NCBI GenBank assembly: GCA_945859975.1
Contig: CAMAPH010000002.1
Span: forward strand, 32,001 to 96,000
From: Chthonomonas calidirosea
GTDB lineage: Bacteria > Armatimonadota > Fimbriimonadia > Fimbriimonadales > Fimbriimonadaceae
DNA length: 64,000 nt
Direction of reading: 5' to 3'
Positions 39,087-49,298 of the stretch are shown piece by piece (position 1 is the stretch's first letter; every line of letters begins with the position of its first letter). Below the pieces are notes generated by a model. The model was given only the letters and a program-made list of their open reading frames with translations, was not told the DNA's origin and made no database searches. The translations under genes were made by a program, and so were the position numbers.

Positions 39087-40193
39087 TTGTCCTTCCAACT
39101 CGAACGGTACTTCGACTATGCGGCCACAACGCCCATAGACGAAGCCGTTCGGGCGGAGATGCTTCCCTTCCTTGGCGAAGCTTTCGGCAACCCAAACTCA
39201 ACCCACGCATGGGGCCAGCGCACCCGCGCCGCCGTGGAACTTGCCCGCGAGCGGATCGCCGAGGCGACCGGTTGGTCGCCAGAGTGCGTGACCTTTACCG
39301 CCAGCGCGACCGAAGCCAACAACTGGGTCATTGCGCAACATCCGGGCGGCCAAATGAGCCCGTTCGAACACGAAGCGGTCCGCGCTCCCGGCTTAGCGAA
39401 CGGCTACTCCGTGATTCCAAACCACGGACTAGAGCTTCTGCCCGCACCGGGCGGATCCCGTCTGCCCCTGGTTAGCAAAATACTAGTCAGCAACGAGACC
39501 GGCACCGTCTGGAATCCAAACTCGTTCTTTGAAGCTTCAACGCACGATTTCATTCACTCCGACGCAAGCCAGGCCCTAGGGCGAATCGATCTTCAGTCCA
39601 CCACGGCGGACTTCATGACCTTCAGCTCCCACAAATGCTATGGCCCAAAAGGAGCGGCAGCACTCGCGACCGGCAGTGCCTTGAGCCCGATGCTACTTGG
39701 CGGTGAGCAGGAAGGTGGGCTCCGGGCTGGGACGCTGAACGTCCCCGCAATCGTTGGCTTCGGCCTCGCCGCTCAAATTGCGGCAGAACGCCGAGAAGCC
39801 GATTGGCAACACGCGGAAGAACTCCGAGCCATCGTCCTGACCGAGTTGGAACACGTTTCGGACTGGAGAATCAATGGTGTGGACGCCGCATGGACGTACG
39901 AGTCGTCCCCAATCTACAACGTCCCTTACATCCTCTCCCTCAGCTTCCTAGGTGTCGAAGGCGAAACTCTCGTCATCGAAGCCGATGCGGCCGGGTTCGC
40001 AATCTCTGCCGGAGCCGCCTGCAGTTCCGGGTCAACCGAGCCCAGTCACGTGCTCACTGCGATGGGCGTACCGCGCGAATGGATTCGCGGGACAGCAAGA
40101 ATTAGCTTCGGCCGGTACAATTCTAAGGAAGCGGCACGTGCGCTTGGCCACTTTCTCCGGGTCTCTTTGGATCGTTTACGCCAAAAGTCTTGA
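39087..40193 (+). CDS. Cysteine desulfurase (IscS/NifS family)
   Basis: YFDYAATTP, SSHKCYGPKG, RAGTLNVP, SAGAACSSG. Confidence 0.92.
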   Translation: MSFQLERYFDYAATTPIDEAVRAEMLPFLGEAFGNPNSTHAWGQRTRAAVELARERIAEATGWSPECVTFTASATEANNWVIAQHPGGQMSPFEHEAVRAPGLANGYSVIPNHGLELLPAPGGSRLPLVSKILVSNETGTVWNPNSFFEASTHDFIHSDASQALGRIDLQSTTADFMTFSSHKCYGPKGAAALATGSALSPMLLGGEQEGGLRAGTLNVPAIVGFGLAAQIAAERREADWQHAEELRAIVLTELEHVSDWRINGVDAAWTYESSPIYNVPYILSLSFLGVEGETLVIEADAAGFAISAGAACSSGSTEPSHVLTAMGVPREWIRGTARISFGRYNSKEAARALGHFLRVSLDRLRQKS

Positions 40194-40343
40194 GTTTTTG
40201 TGTTGCCGGCAACGTAACCGAACGATTTTTACGTCGTAATACTTTGTTAACGCATCGATAAGAACGAGAAAAAAACTTCATCTAAAATCGGACTGAGAAT
40301 GGCTGGCAGTGACGCCAACGATTTAGTCTGTGAGATGGACACC

Positions 40344-40372
40344 TTGACACGTGTACTTCCGAGTGTTAACGT
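40344..40372 (+). promoter_or_regulatory. Near-consensus sigma70 promoter upstream of the sigma gene
   Basis: TTGACA-N17-TAACGT with an extended -10 TG. Confidence 0.7.
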
Positions 40373-40507
40373 ATGACTTCTTAATCGTCCTTTGGGCGAG
40401 AAGAAATTTTTTAGATCACAGACTCGGGAAGTTCAATGACGAACGCAAGAGGCCGTGACCAACAAGTGAAGCAGTAAGAGCCTGCTTCGGAGGATAACGA
40501 AAATAAC

Positions 40508-41551
40508 ATGCCAGTAGAAAACGGGATTGCCACGGCGCCAAGGCGAGGGCGTGCGATTACGGTTCGCACACCAGGACGCCAAATGTACGCCGAAGCCGGC
40601 AGCACCCCCGTTCTAGATGACCCGGCTGTAGAGCCGGGTGAAGAAGATCTGTTAGACCTTGAGGCGGCGGACGAAGAAGAGGAAGAGGCTAAACCCACTT
40701 CCGATGACTCTGAAGAACTTGAGATGTGGATGCGGCAAACCCGCCGCGCACAACTTCTGACTCCAGAGCAAGAAGTCGATCTCGCCCGTAAGGTTCAAGC
40801 CGGAGACATGAACGCGAAGCGGATTCTCATCGAATCCAACCTGCGACTCGTTGTCTCTATCGCCAAGAAGTACAACGCGCGAGGAATTCCGCTCGCTGAC
40901 CTGATTCAAGAGGGCAACCTCGGTCTCATTCGTGCGGTCGAAAAATTCGACTGGCGAAAGGGCTTCCGATTCAGCACGTACGCCACTTGGTGGATTCGAC
41001 GAGCCATCGCTCGTGCGATCATCAACCAGGGACGAACAATCCGAATTCCGGTTTACGTTGCCGAGTTGATCAACAAGGTCGTCAAGACGGCTTCCCGATT
41101 GCAGCAAGAACTTCAACGAGAACCGACCGAAGAAGAGATTTCGAAAGAAGTTGGCCTCTCGATTGATCGTGTTCGAGAAATGATGCGGGTTGCCGTGGAG
41201 CCAATCTCCTTGGAAACACCGGTAGGCGAAAAGGATAACTCCAGCATTGGAGACTTCGTTCAGTCGCAGAACATGCCTTCCCCGGGAGACGTGACCTTCA
41301 CGCTCATTCGGCGAGAGGAAATCGATGGCATCCTTGGTCGACTGACCTCGCGAGAGCGAGACGTCGTTCGACTCCGGTTTGGCCTAGATGACGGTCGTCA
41401 GCGCACCTTGGAAGAGGTCGGAACCGAACTCAACGTCACCCGAGAGCGAGTTCGACAGATCGAACTCCGTGCGATGAAGAAGCTCCGCCACATTGGCCAA
41501 GAGCTGAACGCGCAAGGATTCACCATCACGCCTTCGCCCGCGAACGGCTAA
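40508..41551 (+). CDS. RNA polymerase sigma70 factor, RpoD/SigA-like (group 1 or 2)
   Basis: [47 protein letters not shown]...[10 protein letters not shown]. Confidence 0.95.
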   Translation: MPVENGIATAPRRGRAITVRTPGRQMYAEAGSTPVLDDPAVEPGEEDLLDLEAADEEEEEAKPTSDDSEELEMWMRQTRRAQLLTPEQEVDLARKVQAGDMNAKRILIESNLRLVVSIAKKYNARGIPLADLIQEGNLGLIRAVEKFDWRKGFRFSTYATWWIRRAIARAIINQGRTIRIPVYVAELINKVVKTASRLQQELQREPTEEEISKEVGLSIDRVREMMRVAVEPISLETPVGEKDNSSIGDFVQSQNMPSPGDVTFTLIRREEIDGILGRLTSRERDVVRLRFGLDDGRQRTLEEVGTELNVTRERVRQIELRAMKKLRHIGQELNAQGFTITPSPANG

Positions 41552-41557
41552 GAAAGT

Positions 41558-41597
41558 AAAAAAGGGGAGCGGACCAAATGGTCCGCTCCCCTTTTTT
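41558..41597. terminator. Bidirectional terminator
   Basis: AAAAAAGGGGAGCGGACCA-AA-TGGTCCGCTCCCCTTTTTT. Confidence 0.92.
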
Positions 41598-41609
41598 GCG
41601 TCTGACGGT

Positions 41610-42038
41610 CTATCGGCCAGATTTGAGCAAGTCGCGAATCTCGACCAGCAACTTCTCTTCCGCCGTCGGTTCTGGTGGTGCCGCTGGCGCTGGCTCCACT
41701 TTCGGCTGGAGACGATTCACCGTCTTAACCAGGAAGAAAACCACGGCCGCAACGATCAAGAACTGGATGAGGCTGTTCAGAAACGAGCCGTACGCAATGA
41801 CCGGCCCCAGCTTCTTGGCTTCGACTAGAGCGAGACCACTGGGTACCTTGGCGTCCAGCGGCACATAAAGGTTGGTGAAATCCACTTTGCCGACCAGCAA
41901 GCCGATGGGCGGCATGATGATCTCATCTACCAAACCCGTAACAATCTTGCCGAATGCAGCGCCGATGATGACGCCGACGGCAAGATCTACAACATTCCCA
42001 CGAAGCGCGAATTCTTTGAATTCCTTAACAATTGACAT
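41610..42038 (-). CDS. mscL: Large-conductance mechanosensitive channel
   Basis: [37 protein letters not shown]. Confidence 0.97.
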   Translation of the reverse strand: MSIVKEFKEFALRGNVVDLAVGVIIGAAFGKIVTGLVDEIIMPPIGLLVGKVDFTNLYVPLDAKVPSGLALVEAKKLGPVIAYGSFLNSLIQFLIVAAVVFFLVKTVNRLQPKVEPAPAAPPEPTAEEKLLVEIRDLLKSGR

Positions 42039-42068
42039 AAAGAAACACATACGAACTGACGACATTCA

Positions 42069-42725
42069 CTAGAACGTTCGCTCAGAAAGTCCAATCGAAA
42101 GTACCCGCTCAACCGCCGCCCCGAACGCTTCCGCCACCGCTTGAGCATCAAACGGCGTGAAAACGCCTACGTAACCCCGTATCTGCGAGTCCATCGGCCC
42201 GAACGGAAAGCTACTCTGAAGTAGTGCACCGTGATTGGTCACGCGCAACGCGCAACCGCCCAATTTCTTCCCGGTCGACCGATCCGTGACGTCATAGCCG
42301 GTCCGGAGCGAAAAGCAATCGGCTGACTCTGACCCACTCGTCGCCTTCAGGTCGTTCGCAATGACCGCATCAATTTCTATGGTCTGAAAAGCCGCAAGGA
42401 TTGGCGAAGTCAAACTCTCGTAAATAGGTCCGAGGCTGCGCAAGCTGGACTCGCTCGGCAACGGAACGGCGACCGAGAGACAGATATCCTGACCATGTTG
42501 AACCGCTCGGCCACCCGTTGGCCTCGCTACCCAGTTTGCCGTTAGCCCGTTTTGAAAGACCCGCTCAGGTCGCTGAAAGCGCCCCAGAGAAACCCAGGGA
42601 CCATCCCAAAAATAAGCACGGGCTCCCGGCTGTCCAGATTCCGCCGCTGAAAGGAGTTCCACGTCCAATTCCATGTTCCGAGGCCCGTAAAGCGGACCTT
42701 GGACTACAAAACTAGACGTGCTCAA
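42069..42725 (-). CDS. Lipoate-protein ligase/octanoyltransferase family protein
   Basis: NMELD, SLGRFQ, RPTGGRAVQH, CF, KKLGGCA; directly downstream of gcvPB. Confidence 0.85.
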   Translation of the reverse strand: MSTSSFVVQGPLYGPRNMELDVELLSAAESGQPGARAYFWDGPWVSLGRFQRPERVFQNGLTANWVARPTGGRAVQHGQDICLSVAVPLPSESSLRSLGPIYESLTSPILAAFQTIEIDAVIANDLKATSGSESADCFSLRTGYDVTDRSTGKKLGGCALRVTNHGALLQSSFPFGPMDSQIRGYVGVFTPFDAQAVAEAFGAAVERVLSIGLSERTF

Positions 42726-42727
42726 CG

Positions 42728-44230
42728 CTAAGCCAAGACCGGCTTTGGAGCTTGCCAGCGTACGTCGAGGTTCTTCACTGCCGCCGTTTCGTCAAGGCGG
42801 CCAACAACCGCGGTCGATGGTGCCGCGTGAAGCACGTCGGGAGTCGTCATTGCCTCATGGCAAATCTCGATCATCGCGTCGCAGAATGCGTCAAGCGTTT
42901 CCTTCGACTCCGTTTCGGTGGGCTCTATCATGAGGCACTCCGGAACGATCAACGGGAAGTAGTTCGTTGGCGGGTGGAATCCGTAGTCAATCAGCCGCTT
43001 GCTGATATCAAGCGCCCGAACGCCATGGTTCTTCTTATACTTTTCCGCGGTCAGGATGCACTCGTGCATACATGGTCGATCGTGAGCCGGCGGCAGGACT
43101 TCCTTTAGCCGAGCCCGAACGTAGTTTGCGTTGAGCACGGCGTAGCGCGAAATGTCCGCCATGTTCTCGCGGCCGTAAGCCATGAGGTAGGTGTAGGCCC
43201 GGACTTCCATCAGGAACTGGCCGTAGTAAGCACTCACTCGGCCGATGCTCAAAGGTCGCTCGTATTCGGCGATCACTTCTCCGCTTTCGTCATCGCGCTT
43301 AATAACCGGCACCGGCTGATATGGGGCGAGGTGGGCTTGGAGGCCAATTGCGCCGCATCCCGGACCGCCGCCGCCGTGTGGCGTGCTGAAGGTCTTGTGC
43401 AGGTTGAGGTGCATGCAGTCGAAACCGTGATCGCCCGGTCTCGTCGTGCCGACCATTGCGTTCATGTTTGCGCCGTCGCAGAAAACCTGGCCGCCAGCGT
43501 CGTGGATCATCTTGCAGATCAGCGAGATGTTCGGTTCGAACAAGCCAAGGGTGGATGGGTTAGTGAGCATCAAGGCGGCAACCTTATCCCCATGCTCTTC
43601 GAGCGATTTGGTCAGGGCCGCGAGATCGGTGTTCCCGTCGGCATCGGTTGGAACCGGCTTCACGTCGTAACCGCAACGGGCCGCCGACGCAGGGTTCGTT
43701 CCGTGGGCGCTGTCGGGCACGAGAACGATGTGGCGCTGAGTCTGGCCAATTCGCTCGTGATACGCCTTGATCAGCATTAAGCAGGTCATCTCACCGTGTG
43801 CGCCAGCGAGCGGCTGAAGCGTAATGGCATCGAAGCCTGTGACTTCGCAAAGAATCTCTTGGACTCCGTTAAGGAGCTCAAGTGCGCCGGGAATGGTCTC
43901 GACCGGCTGCATCGGATGCAACGCCGCGAATCCGGCATAACGGGCCGTGACCTCGTTAATCTTCGGGTTGTATTTCATCGTGCATGACCCCAACGGATAG
44001 AAGCCGGTGTCGATGCCGTAGTTGATTTGGCTCAGGTTTGTAAAGTGGCGCACCAAATCCAGTTCGCTCACCTCTGGCAAATGGAGTTCTTCTCTCAATT
44101 CGCCAAGTGCAGCCGAAAGGTCCACTTCGGGGGTGTCGCACTTCGGGACATTGCAACCCAAGCGTCCAGATCTGGACTTTTCAAAAATGAGTTGGGGCTC
44201 GGGGACTCGCTTAGAACGCGTCGGTCTCAC
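42728..44230 (-). CDS. gcvPB: Glycine dehydrogenase (decarboxylating) subunit 2
   Basis: YPLGSCTMKYNP, SAHGTNPASA, HLNLHKTFSTPHGGGGPG. GTG start 6 nt after TACAAT. Confidence 0.96.
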   Translation of the reverse strand: MRPTRSKRVPEPQLIFEKSRSGRLGCNVPKCDTPEVDLSAALGELREELHLPEVSELDLVRHFTNLSQINYGIDTGFYPLGSCTMKYNPKINEVTARYAGFAALHPMQPVETIPGALELLNGVQEILCEVTGFDAITLQPLAGAHGEMTCLMLIKAYHERIGQTQRHIVLVPDSAHGTNPASAARCGYDVKPVPTDADGNTDLAALTKSLEEHGDKVAALMLTNPSTLGLFEPNISLICKMIHDAGGQVFCDGANMNAMVGTTRPGDHGFDCMHLNLHKTFSTPHGGGGPGCGAIGLQAHLAPYQPVPVIKRDDESGEVIAEYERPLSIGRVSAYYGQFLMEVRAYTYLMAYGRENMADISRYAVLNANYVRARLKEVLPPAHDRPCMHECILTAEKYKKNHGVRALDISKRLIDYGFHPPTNYFPLIVPECLMIEPTETESKETLDAFCDAMIEICHEAMTTPDVLHAAPSTAVVGRLDETAAVKNLDVRWQAPKPVLA

Positions 44231-44411
44231 TCGAAAATTGTACCTACGCACCCGAAAACATCATCTCTATCGGAAAACGAATTCTTCAATAAAGAAAAAG
44301 TCAAGTTTTTTGAGAATTTTTCTCCTTTAAATACCCCTCGCCCGTATTGTGAAATGGACCAAGTGCCTATAGAATTGCGCACCGGCCCCGATATGGGAGC
44401 GGAGTGTAGTC

Positions 44412-45335
44412 ATGCGATCAAACTTACAATTTGCCCTTCCCCTTTGCGCGCTCGCGCTTGTACTTGGATCTGCTGGTTGCGGCGGTTCTGCGACCGATGC
44501 GGCCACGAGCGTTCGCTCCGGTCTCGTCACCGCCCAAGAAGAAACGCCGCTGATGGCGGTTACCCGTTGCGGCTTCGTTGAACCATCCGCTGCCGAGCAA
44601 ACACGAATCGAGCTTGGCCTCCGACCGGTGAACGCCAAGGCTTGGACCACCGTCACGATCCCGGTTTACTGGCACGTTATCAACAAGGGAACGGGCCTTG
44701 CAAACGGGGATATTCCTCAGTCTCAGATCGATGCGCAGATTCAGGTCTTGAACAACGCTTATTCCGGCGCAACCGGTGGCGTGGACACCGGCTTTCGCTT
44801 CCAGCTGATCTCTGTCGATCGAACTACGAACGCAACCTGGTACACGATGACCCCAGGCACGACTGCTGAAACGCAGGCTAAGAACGCGCTCCGACTTGGT
44901 GGAAAGAACGCTCTGAACGTTTACTCGGCGAACATCGGCCAGGGCCTGCTCGGTTGGGCAACCTTCCCATCGTCGTACGCAAGCGCTCCGAAGAGCGACG
45001 GCGTAGTTCTTCTCTTCTCTTCGGTTCCGGGTGGAACGGCTGCTCCATACAACCTTGGCGATACCGGTACTCACGAAGTCGGACACTGGCTCGGCCTTTA
45101 TCACACGTTCCAGGGTGGATGCACCAAGAACAACGACTTTGTCGCCGACACAGCGGCAGAGCGATCACCAGCCTACGGCTGCCCAGCAAACCGAGACTCT
45201 TGCACGGGGCGAAGCTACCCAGGAACCGACCCGATCACGAACTTCATGGACTACACCGACGATTCGTGCATGTTCCTGTTCACCAATGGTCAGAGCACCA
45301 GAATGCAGAGCTTGTACACCACGTACCGCCTGTAA
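44412..45335 (+). CDS. Zinc metalloprotease, M43 (pappalysin/ulilysin-like), probable lipoprotein
   Basis: HEVGHWLGLYHTFQGGC, NFMDY Met-turn, RCG cysteine switch, lipobox-like SAGC. Confidence 0.93.
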   Translation: MRSNLQFALPLCALALVLGSAGCGGSATDAATSVRSGLVTAQEETPLMAVTRCGFVEPSAAEQTRIELGLRPVNAKAWTTVTIPVYWHVINKGTGLANGDIPQSQIDAQIQVLNNAYSGATGGVDTGFRFQLISVDRTTNATWYTMTPGTTAETQAKNALRLGGKNALNVYSANIGQGLLGWATFPSSYASAPKSDGVVLLFSSVPGGTAAPYNLGDTGTHEVGHWLGLYHTFQGGCTKNNDFVADTAAERSPAYGCPANRDSCTGRSYPGTDPITNFMDYTDDSCMFLFTNGQSTRMQSLYTTYRL

Positions 45336-45345
45336 CCCAGATCCC

Positions 45346-45382
45346 AAAAAGACCTCCCCAAAAATTCGGGGAGGTCTTTTTT
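45346..45382. terminator. Bidirectional terminator
   Basis: AAAAAGACCTCCCC-loop-GGGGAGGTCTTTTTT. Confidence 0.9.
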
Positions 45383-45393
45383 GTGCGTGCAGA

Positions 45394-46731
45394 TTAAGCG
45401 AGCGCGTTCTTTAGCGACGCAACAAATCGATCCAAATCAGTCCGTGTCCGCTTTTCGGTAACCGCGACAAGAAGAGAGTTCTCCATTTCCGAGTAGTACG
45501 AGCCCAGAGGCAAGCCCGCCAGAATGCCATCTCCAAGCAGGTGATCTCGAACATCGGCGGCATTCTTTGGAAGATCAATAACGAATTCGCAGAAGACCTT
45601 CGCGCTCGCGTGGCGTCGATGCACGCCGATCACTGCAAGTTCGCTGATCAAATAATGAGCGTTGCGGACGCTTGACTCCGCCACTGCCTTCATTCCATTC
45701 TTTCCAAGCGCGCTCATGTGAACGGTGCAAGCGAGAGCCATCAACGCTTCGTTAGTACAGATGTTTGAAGTCGCTTTTTCACGCCTAATATCCTGCTCTC
45801 GCGTTCGAAGGGTCATGACATAGCCCGGAAGATCGCCATGCGCCTCCTTGGTACGGCCCACGATTCGGCCCGGGATGCTTCGAACGAACTCTTTCTTCGT
45901 GCAGAAAAGACCGACGAGCGGGCCGCCAAGACCCATTGCGACGCCCATCGGCTGCCCTTCGCCAACCACAACATCTGCGCCATACGCACCAGGAGGGCTC
46001 ATCAGTGCGCAGCCGACAGGATCAGCCGACACGATGAACATTGCACCGTGGGTCTCGCTCGCCTGTTTAGCTGCGTTCAGATCCTCGATAACGCCAAAGA
46101 AGTTGGGACTTTGAACGAGGATGCAGGATGCTCCAGCCGCTGCCGAGTAGTCCGTCGTGAGACCGTTTTCGATCGGCAAAGTTACGACCTCGATCCCCAT
46201 CGACCAGCAATACGTGTCAAGGACCTGTCGGTAATGCGGATGCACGGCCTGGCTGACCGCGACCTTGTCGTGCCCTTTGATGCCAACGGCCATGATGGCG
46301 GCTTCCGCCAGCGCAGTCGCGCCGTCGTACATCGAGGCGTTCGCCAGATCCATGCCGTACAGTTCGGCGATCATGGACTGAAACTCGTAAATTGTCTGCA
46401 GATAGCCTTGCGAGGCCTCTGGCTGGTACGGCGTGTACGAAGTAAGGAACTCGCCACGACTGATGATCGCGCTGACTGTGCTGGGAACGTATCGGTCGTA
46501 AATCCCGGCTCCAAGGAAGCAGACGTTGTCTTCCAGGTTGACGTTCTTCGCGCTCAATTCTTTGAGATGCGAGGCCAGTCGATTCTCGTCGAGAGCATTG
46601 GGAAGCGCGAGCGCGCCCACTTTGACTCGAAGATCATCCGGAATTTCCCGGAAAAGTTCGTCGATAGAATCTGCTCCGATCGTTGCGAGCATTTCGCGGA
46701 CGTCGGCTTCGGTGTGTGGAATATATGGCAT
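45394..46731 (-). CDS. gcvPA: Glycine dehydrogenase (decarboxylating) subunit 1
   Basis: FLTSYTPYQPEASQG, NASMYDGATA, TREQDIRREKATSNICTN. Confidence 0.96.
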   Translation of the reverse strand: MPYIPHTEADVREMLATIGADSIDELFREIPDDLRVKVGALALPNALDENRLASHLKELSAKNVNLEDNVCFLGAGIYDRYVPSTVSAIISRGEFLTSYTPYQPEASQGYLQTIYEFQSMIAELYGMDLANASMYDGATALAEAAIMAVGIKGHDKVAVSQAVHPHYRQVLDTYCWSMGIEVVTLPIENGLTTDYSAAAGASCILVQSPNFFGVIEDLNAAKQASETHGAMFIVSADPVGCALMSPPGAYGADVVVGEGQPMGVAMGLGGPLVGLFCTKKEFVRSIPGRIVGRTKEAHGDLPGYVMTLRTREQDIRREKATSNICTNEALMALACTVHMSALGKNGMKAVAESSVRNAHYLISELAVIGVHRRHASAKVFCEFVIDLPKNAADVRDHLLGDGILAGLPLGSYYSEMENSLLVAVTEKRTRTDLDRFVASLKNALA

Positions 46732-46737
46732 TTCGAA

Positions 46738-47118
46738 TTAGCCGACGATTGCCTGATAGCGCGCTGCATCCATCAGCGCATCCACGTCTGCCGGGTTGGA
46801 AAGTCGCACTTTCAACATGAAGCCGGAGCCGTACGGATCAGAATTCACCAGCGCCGTATCTACCGCCAAGGCGGGGTTGGCTTCGATAACTTCGCCAGCT
46901 ACCGGAGCGTAAAGATCGCTAACGCTCTTCACGGATTCGACTTGGCCAAAAACGTCACCGACTTGGAGAACACGTCCAACCTCGGGAAGCTCAACAAAAA
47001 CAACGTCTCCGAGTTCGCTTTGGGCAAAGTCGGTCACTCCAATCGTGACCACATCACCTTCAACTTTCACCCACTCATGCGACTCGACGTACTTTAGATC
47101 ACCAGGGACATTGGACAT
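46738..47118 (-). CDS. gcvH: Glycine cleavage system H protein
   Basis: SHEWV, GVTDFAQSELGDVVFVELP, VESVKSVSD (lipoyl-Lys). Confidence 0.97.
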   Translation of the reverse strand: MSNVPGDLKYVESHEWVKVEGDVVTIGVTDFAQSELGDVVFVELPEVGRVLQVGDVFGQVESVKSVSDLYAPVAGEVIEANPALAVDTALVNSDPYGSGFMLKVRLSNPADVDALMDAARYQAIVG

Positions 47119-47245
47119 AGCTCGGTATACGGAAGATTACCAGTCCCCCTCATCCAACAGAATTCGAGCCGATGAAATTGCTAGAAATCACCGTTGACTG
47201 AGCATCGAGATACTATTTCTTGCGCTTTAGGTGATAAATTAATCC

Positions 47246-48028
47246 GTGATGCGATCGACGATTTTTGCTGCGCTGCTGCCCTGCGTGATTTTGGCCACAG
47301 CATCCGCCGATCAAGGAGCAAAGAAACCAGCTGCTCCCTCTGAGAAGCCCGTGATCGACGCGATTCTCAAGATGCACCCCAAGATCATGAATCTTGAGGT
47401 GATCATCGCTGCTCGCCTCACGAAGACCCAGCTTGAAGATTTGCGCACCAACTTCCAGGTGACGACGTCAACGGCGATGTTCCGGCACTCGGCCCAGACT
47501 TCGAACTTTGTGCTGTACAAGAACCCAGAAAACGATGTGCAAATCGGCCCTGAATTCTGGCCGGGCCTCGTTCTTGAGACTTCGATCCTGAACCCGGCGC
47601 AACGCCGAAGTGCCGCCCGAGCGTTGGCCAATCTTGAAAATGTCGGAACGCTTCGGCTTCCAGAGGTGCAAACCTACCTTGGCCTCAACGCGGCTCAGAA
47701 GAAGAAATTTGCCCAGATCGCTACGGCAAGCCCACTGCTTACGGAGGCTGAAGTCATTTCGCCCATCGAAAAGACGGCTGGCCTGTTTGCGCAAATCAAC
47801 AACGCGTACGAAATGTCGGTGGAGAAAACCCTGACTCCCGCCGAATTCGACGCTCTGACGGCGCAGTTTGCCGATGCCATTAAGCGTCTGATCGCATTGA
47901 AGCAGGAAGAAGAAGTCGCTAGAAAAGCGGCCAACCGATTTAAAGCCTTCTTCGCGCTGCTCACGCCCGCTCAGCAAGCTAAGTGGCGCGCTTTTGCGAC
48001 CATCGAAGCACGGAAACCCGATTTCTGA
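47246..48028 (+). CDS. Secreted helical hypothetical protein with LTxxQ-like motifs
   Basis: Signal peptide; LTKTQ, LGLNAAQKKK, LLTPAQQAKW. Confidence 0.7.
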   Translation: MMRSTIFAALLPCVILATASADQGAKKPAAPSEKPVIDAILKMHPKIMNLEVIIAARLTKTQLEDLRTNFQVTTSTAMFRHSAQTSNFVLYKNPENDVQIGPEFWPGLVLETSILNPAQRRSAARALANLENVGTLRLPEVQTYLGLNAAQKKKFAQIATASPLLTEAEVISPIEKTAGLFAQINNAYEMSVEKTLTPAEFDALTAQFADAIKRLIALKQEEEVARKAANRFKAFFALLTPAQQAKWRAFATIEARKPDF

Positions 48029-48053
48029 GCCGCAGTCGGTACTCTCCGTTTCG

Positions 48054-48776
48054 GTGAAGATCGCGTTTGTTTCGCTATTCCCAGAGCACATCACACCCTG
48101 GGCATCTTCGAGCATGATCGGGCGTGCCGCCACTCGGGGTCTGATCGAACTCAAAAGTGTGAACCCGCGGAACTTCACGTACGACCGCAACAACAAGGTG
48201 GACGACACCCCGTTCGGCGGTGAACCGGGCATGTTGATCAAGGCTGAGCCCGTCGCGTTAGCCGTCCAATCCTTGGGCTGGAACAAGCCGAAAGTGATCT
48301 TGACCGACCCTGCCGGCAAAAGCTTCCAGCAGTCCGATGCGATTCAGCTCTCTGCCGAAACTGAACTTGTCTTTCTGTGCGGGCACTATGAAGGCATTGA
48401 CGACCGTGCCGCCGAGTATCTGAACGCGGAGCGGTTCAGCATCGGCGATTACATTCTCACCAGCGGCGAACTAGCGGCGATGGTGATGGCGGATGCAATT
48501 GTCAGAAATCTTCCCGGCGTGCTTGGAGATTCGAACAGCCTTTCGGCAGACTCTCATTCCGACGGGCTGCTGAGTGCTCCGAACTACACCAAGCCGGAAA
48601 CCTGGCGCGGCATCGACGTACCACCTGTCCTCCGGAGCGGAAATCACCGTGAAATTATCAAGTGGCGCAGGCAGCAAGCTCTGCGCATTACGCTTCAGAA
48701 TCGACCTGATCTCTTGGCAAAAGCCGAACTGAGTGCGGAGGACGCAAAACTCATCTCATCCCCGGACAAAACGTAG
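48054..48776 (+). CDS. trmD: tRNA (guanine37-N1)-methyltransferase
   Basis: VDDTPFGGEPGM, CGHYEGIDDR, SIGDYILTSGE; GTG start. Confidence 0.96.
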   Translation: MKIAFVSLFPEHITPWASSSMIGRAATRGLIELKSVNPRNFTYDRNNKVDDTPFGGEPGMLIKAEPVALAVQSLGWNKPKVILTDPAGKSFQQSDAIQLSAETELVFLCGHYEGIDDRAAEYLNAERFSIGDYILTSGELAAMVMADAIVRNLPGVLGDSNSLSADSHSDGLLSAPNYTKPETWRGIDVPPVLRSGNHREIIKWRRQQALRITLQNRPDLLAKAELSAEDAKLISSPDKT

Positions 48777-48925
48777 AGAAGCCCTGGGGTGATGTGTCAT
48801 ACTTGCTTCTTGCGTTCATGCGCCTCTTCCTGGCGCCGCTGGACTCGATGGGAGCGTTCAGCGCTCTACCGGGCCACCTCTAGGTTCAAACCTGAGATGA
48901 GCTCAACGAAAAGGAAGGAACAGAT

Positions 48926-49276
48926 ATGTCAAAGCAAGCGATTTTGAACACCGTCGCCCAGCCGTACTTGAAGACGGATTTGCCAAAGATTTGGCCTGGC
49001 GACACCGTAAAAGCCTCCGTAAAGGTACGTGAAGGCGGCAAAGAGCGAATCCAGCTCTTCGAGGGCACGGTTATTGCCATCAAAAACGGAGGAATCGCCG
49101 AAACGATTACCCTTCGCAAGATTTCCAACAGCGTTGGCGTGGAACGAACTTTCCCACTCCACTCGCCAAACGTTGCGAAGTTTGAAGTGACCAGACGTGG
49201 TCGCGTTCGACGAGCCAAGCTTTATTACCTCCGAGACAAGGTTGGTAAGGAAGCTCGAATCCGCGAAAAGCGCTGA
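48926..49276 (+). CDS. rplS: 50S ribosomal protein L19
   Basis: [34 protein letters not shown]. Confidence 0.98.
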   Translation: MSKQAILNTVAQPYLKTDLPKIWPGDTVKASVKVREGGKERIQLFEGTVIAIKNGGIAETITLRKISNSVGVERTFPLHSPNVAKFEVTRRGRVRRAKLYYLRDKVGKEARIREKR

Positions 49277-49298
49277 TCCCAAATCCCACATAGAACCT

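Noticed and set aside
47119..47245. Glycine riboswitch upstream of gcvH
   Set aside because: No GGAGA / CCGAAG / CTCAGG blocks.
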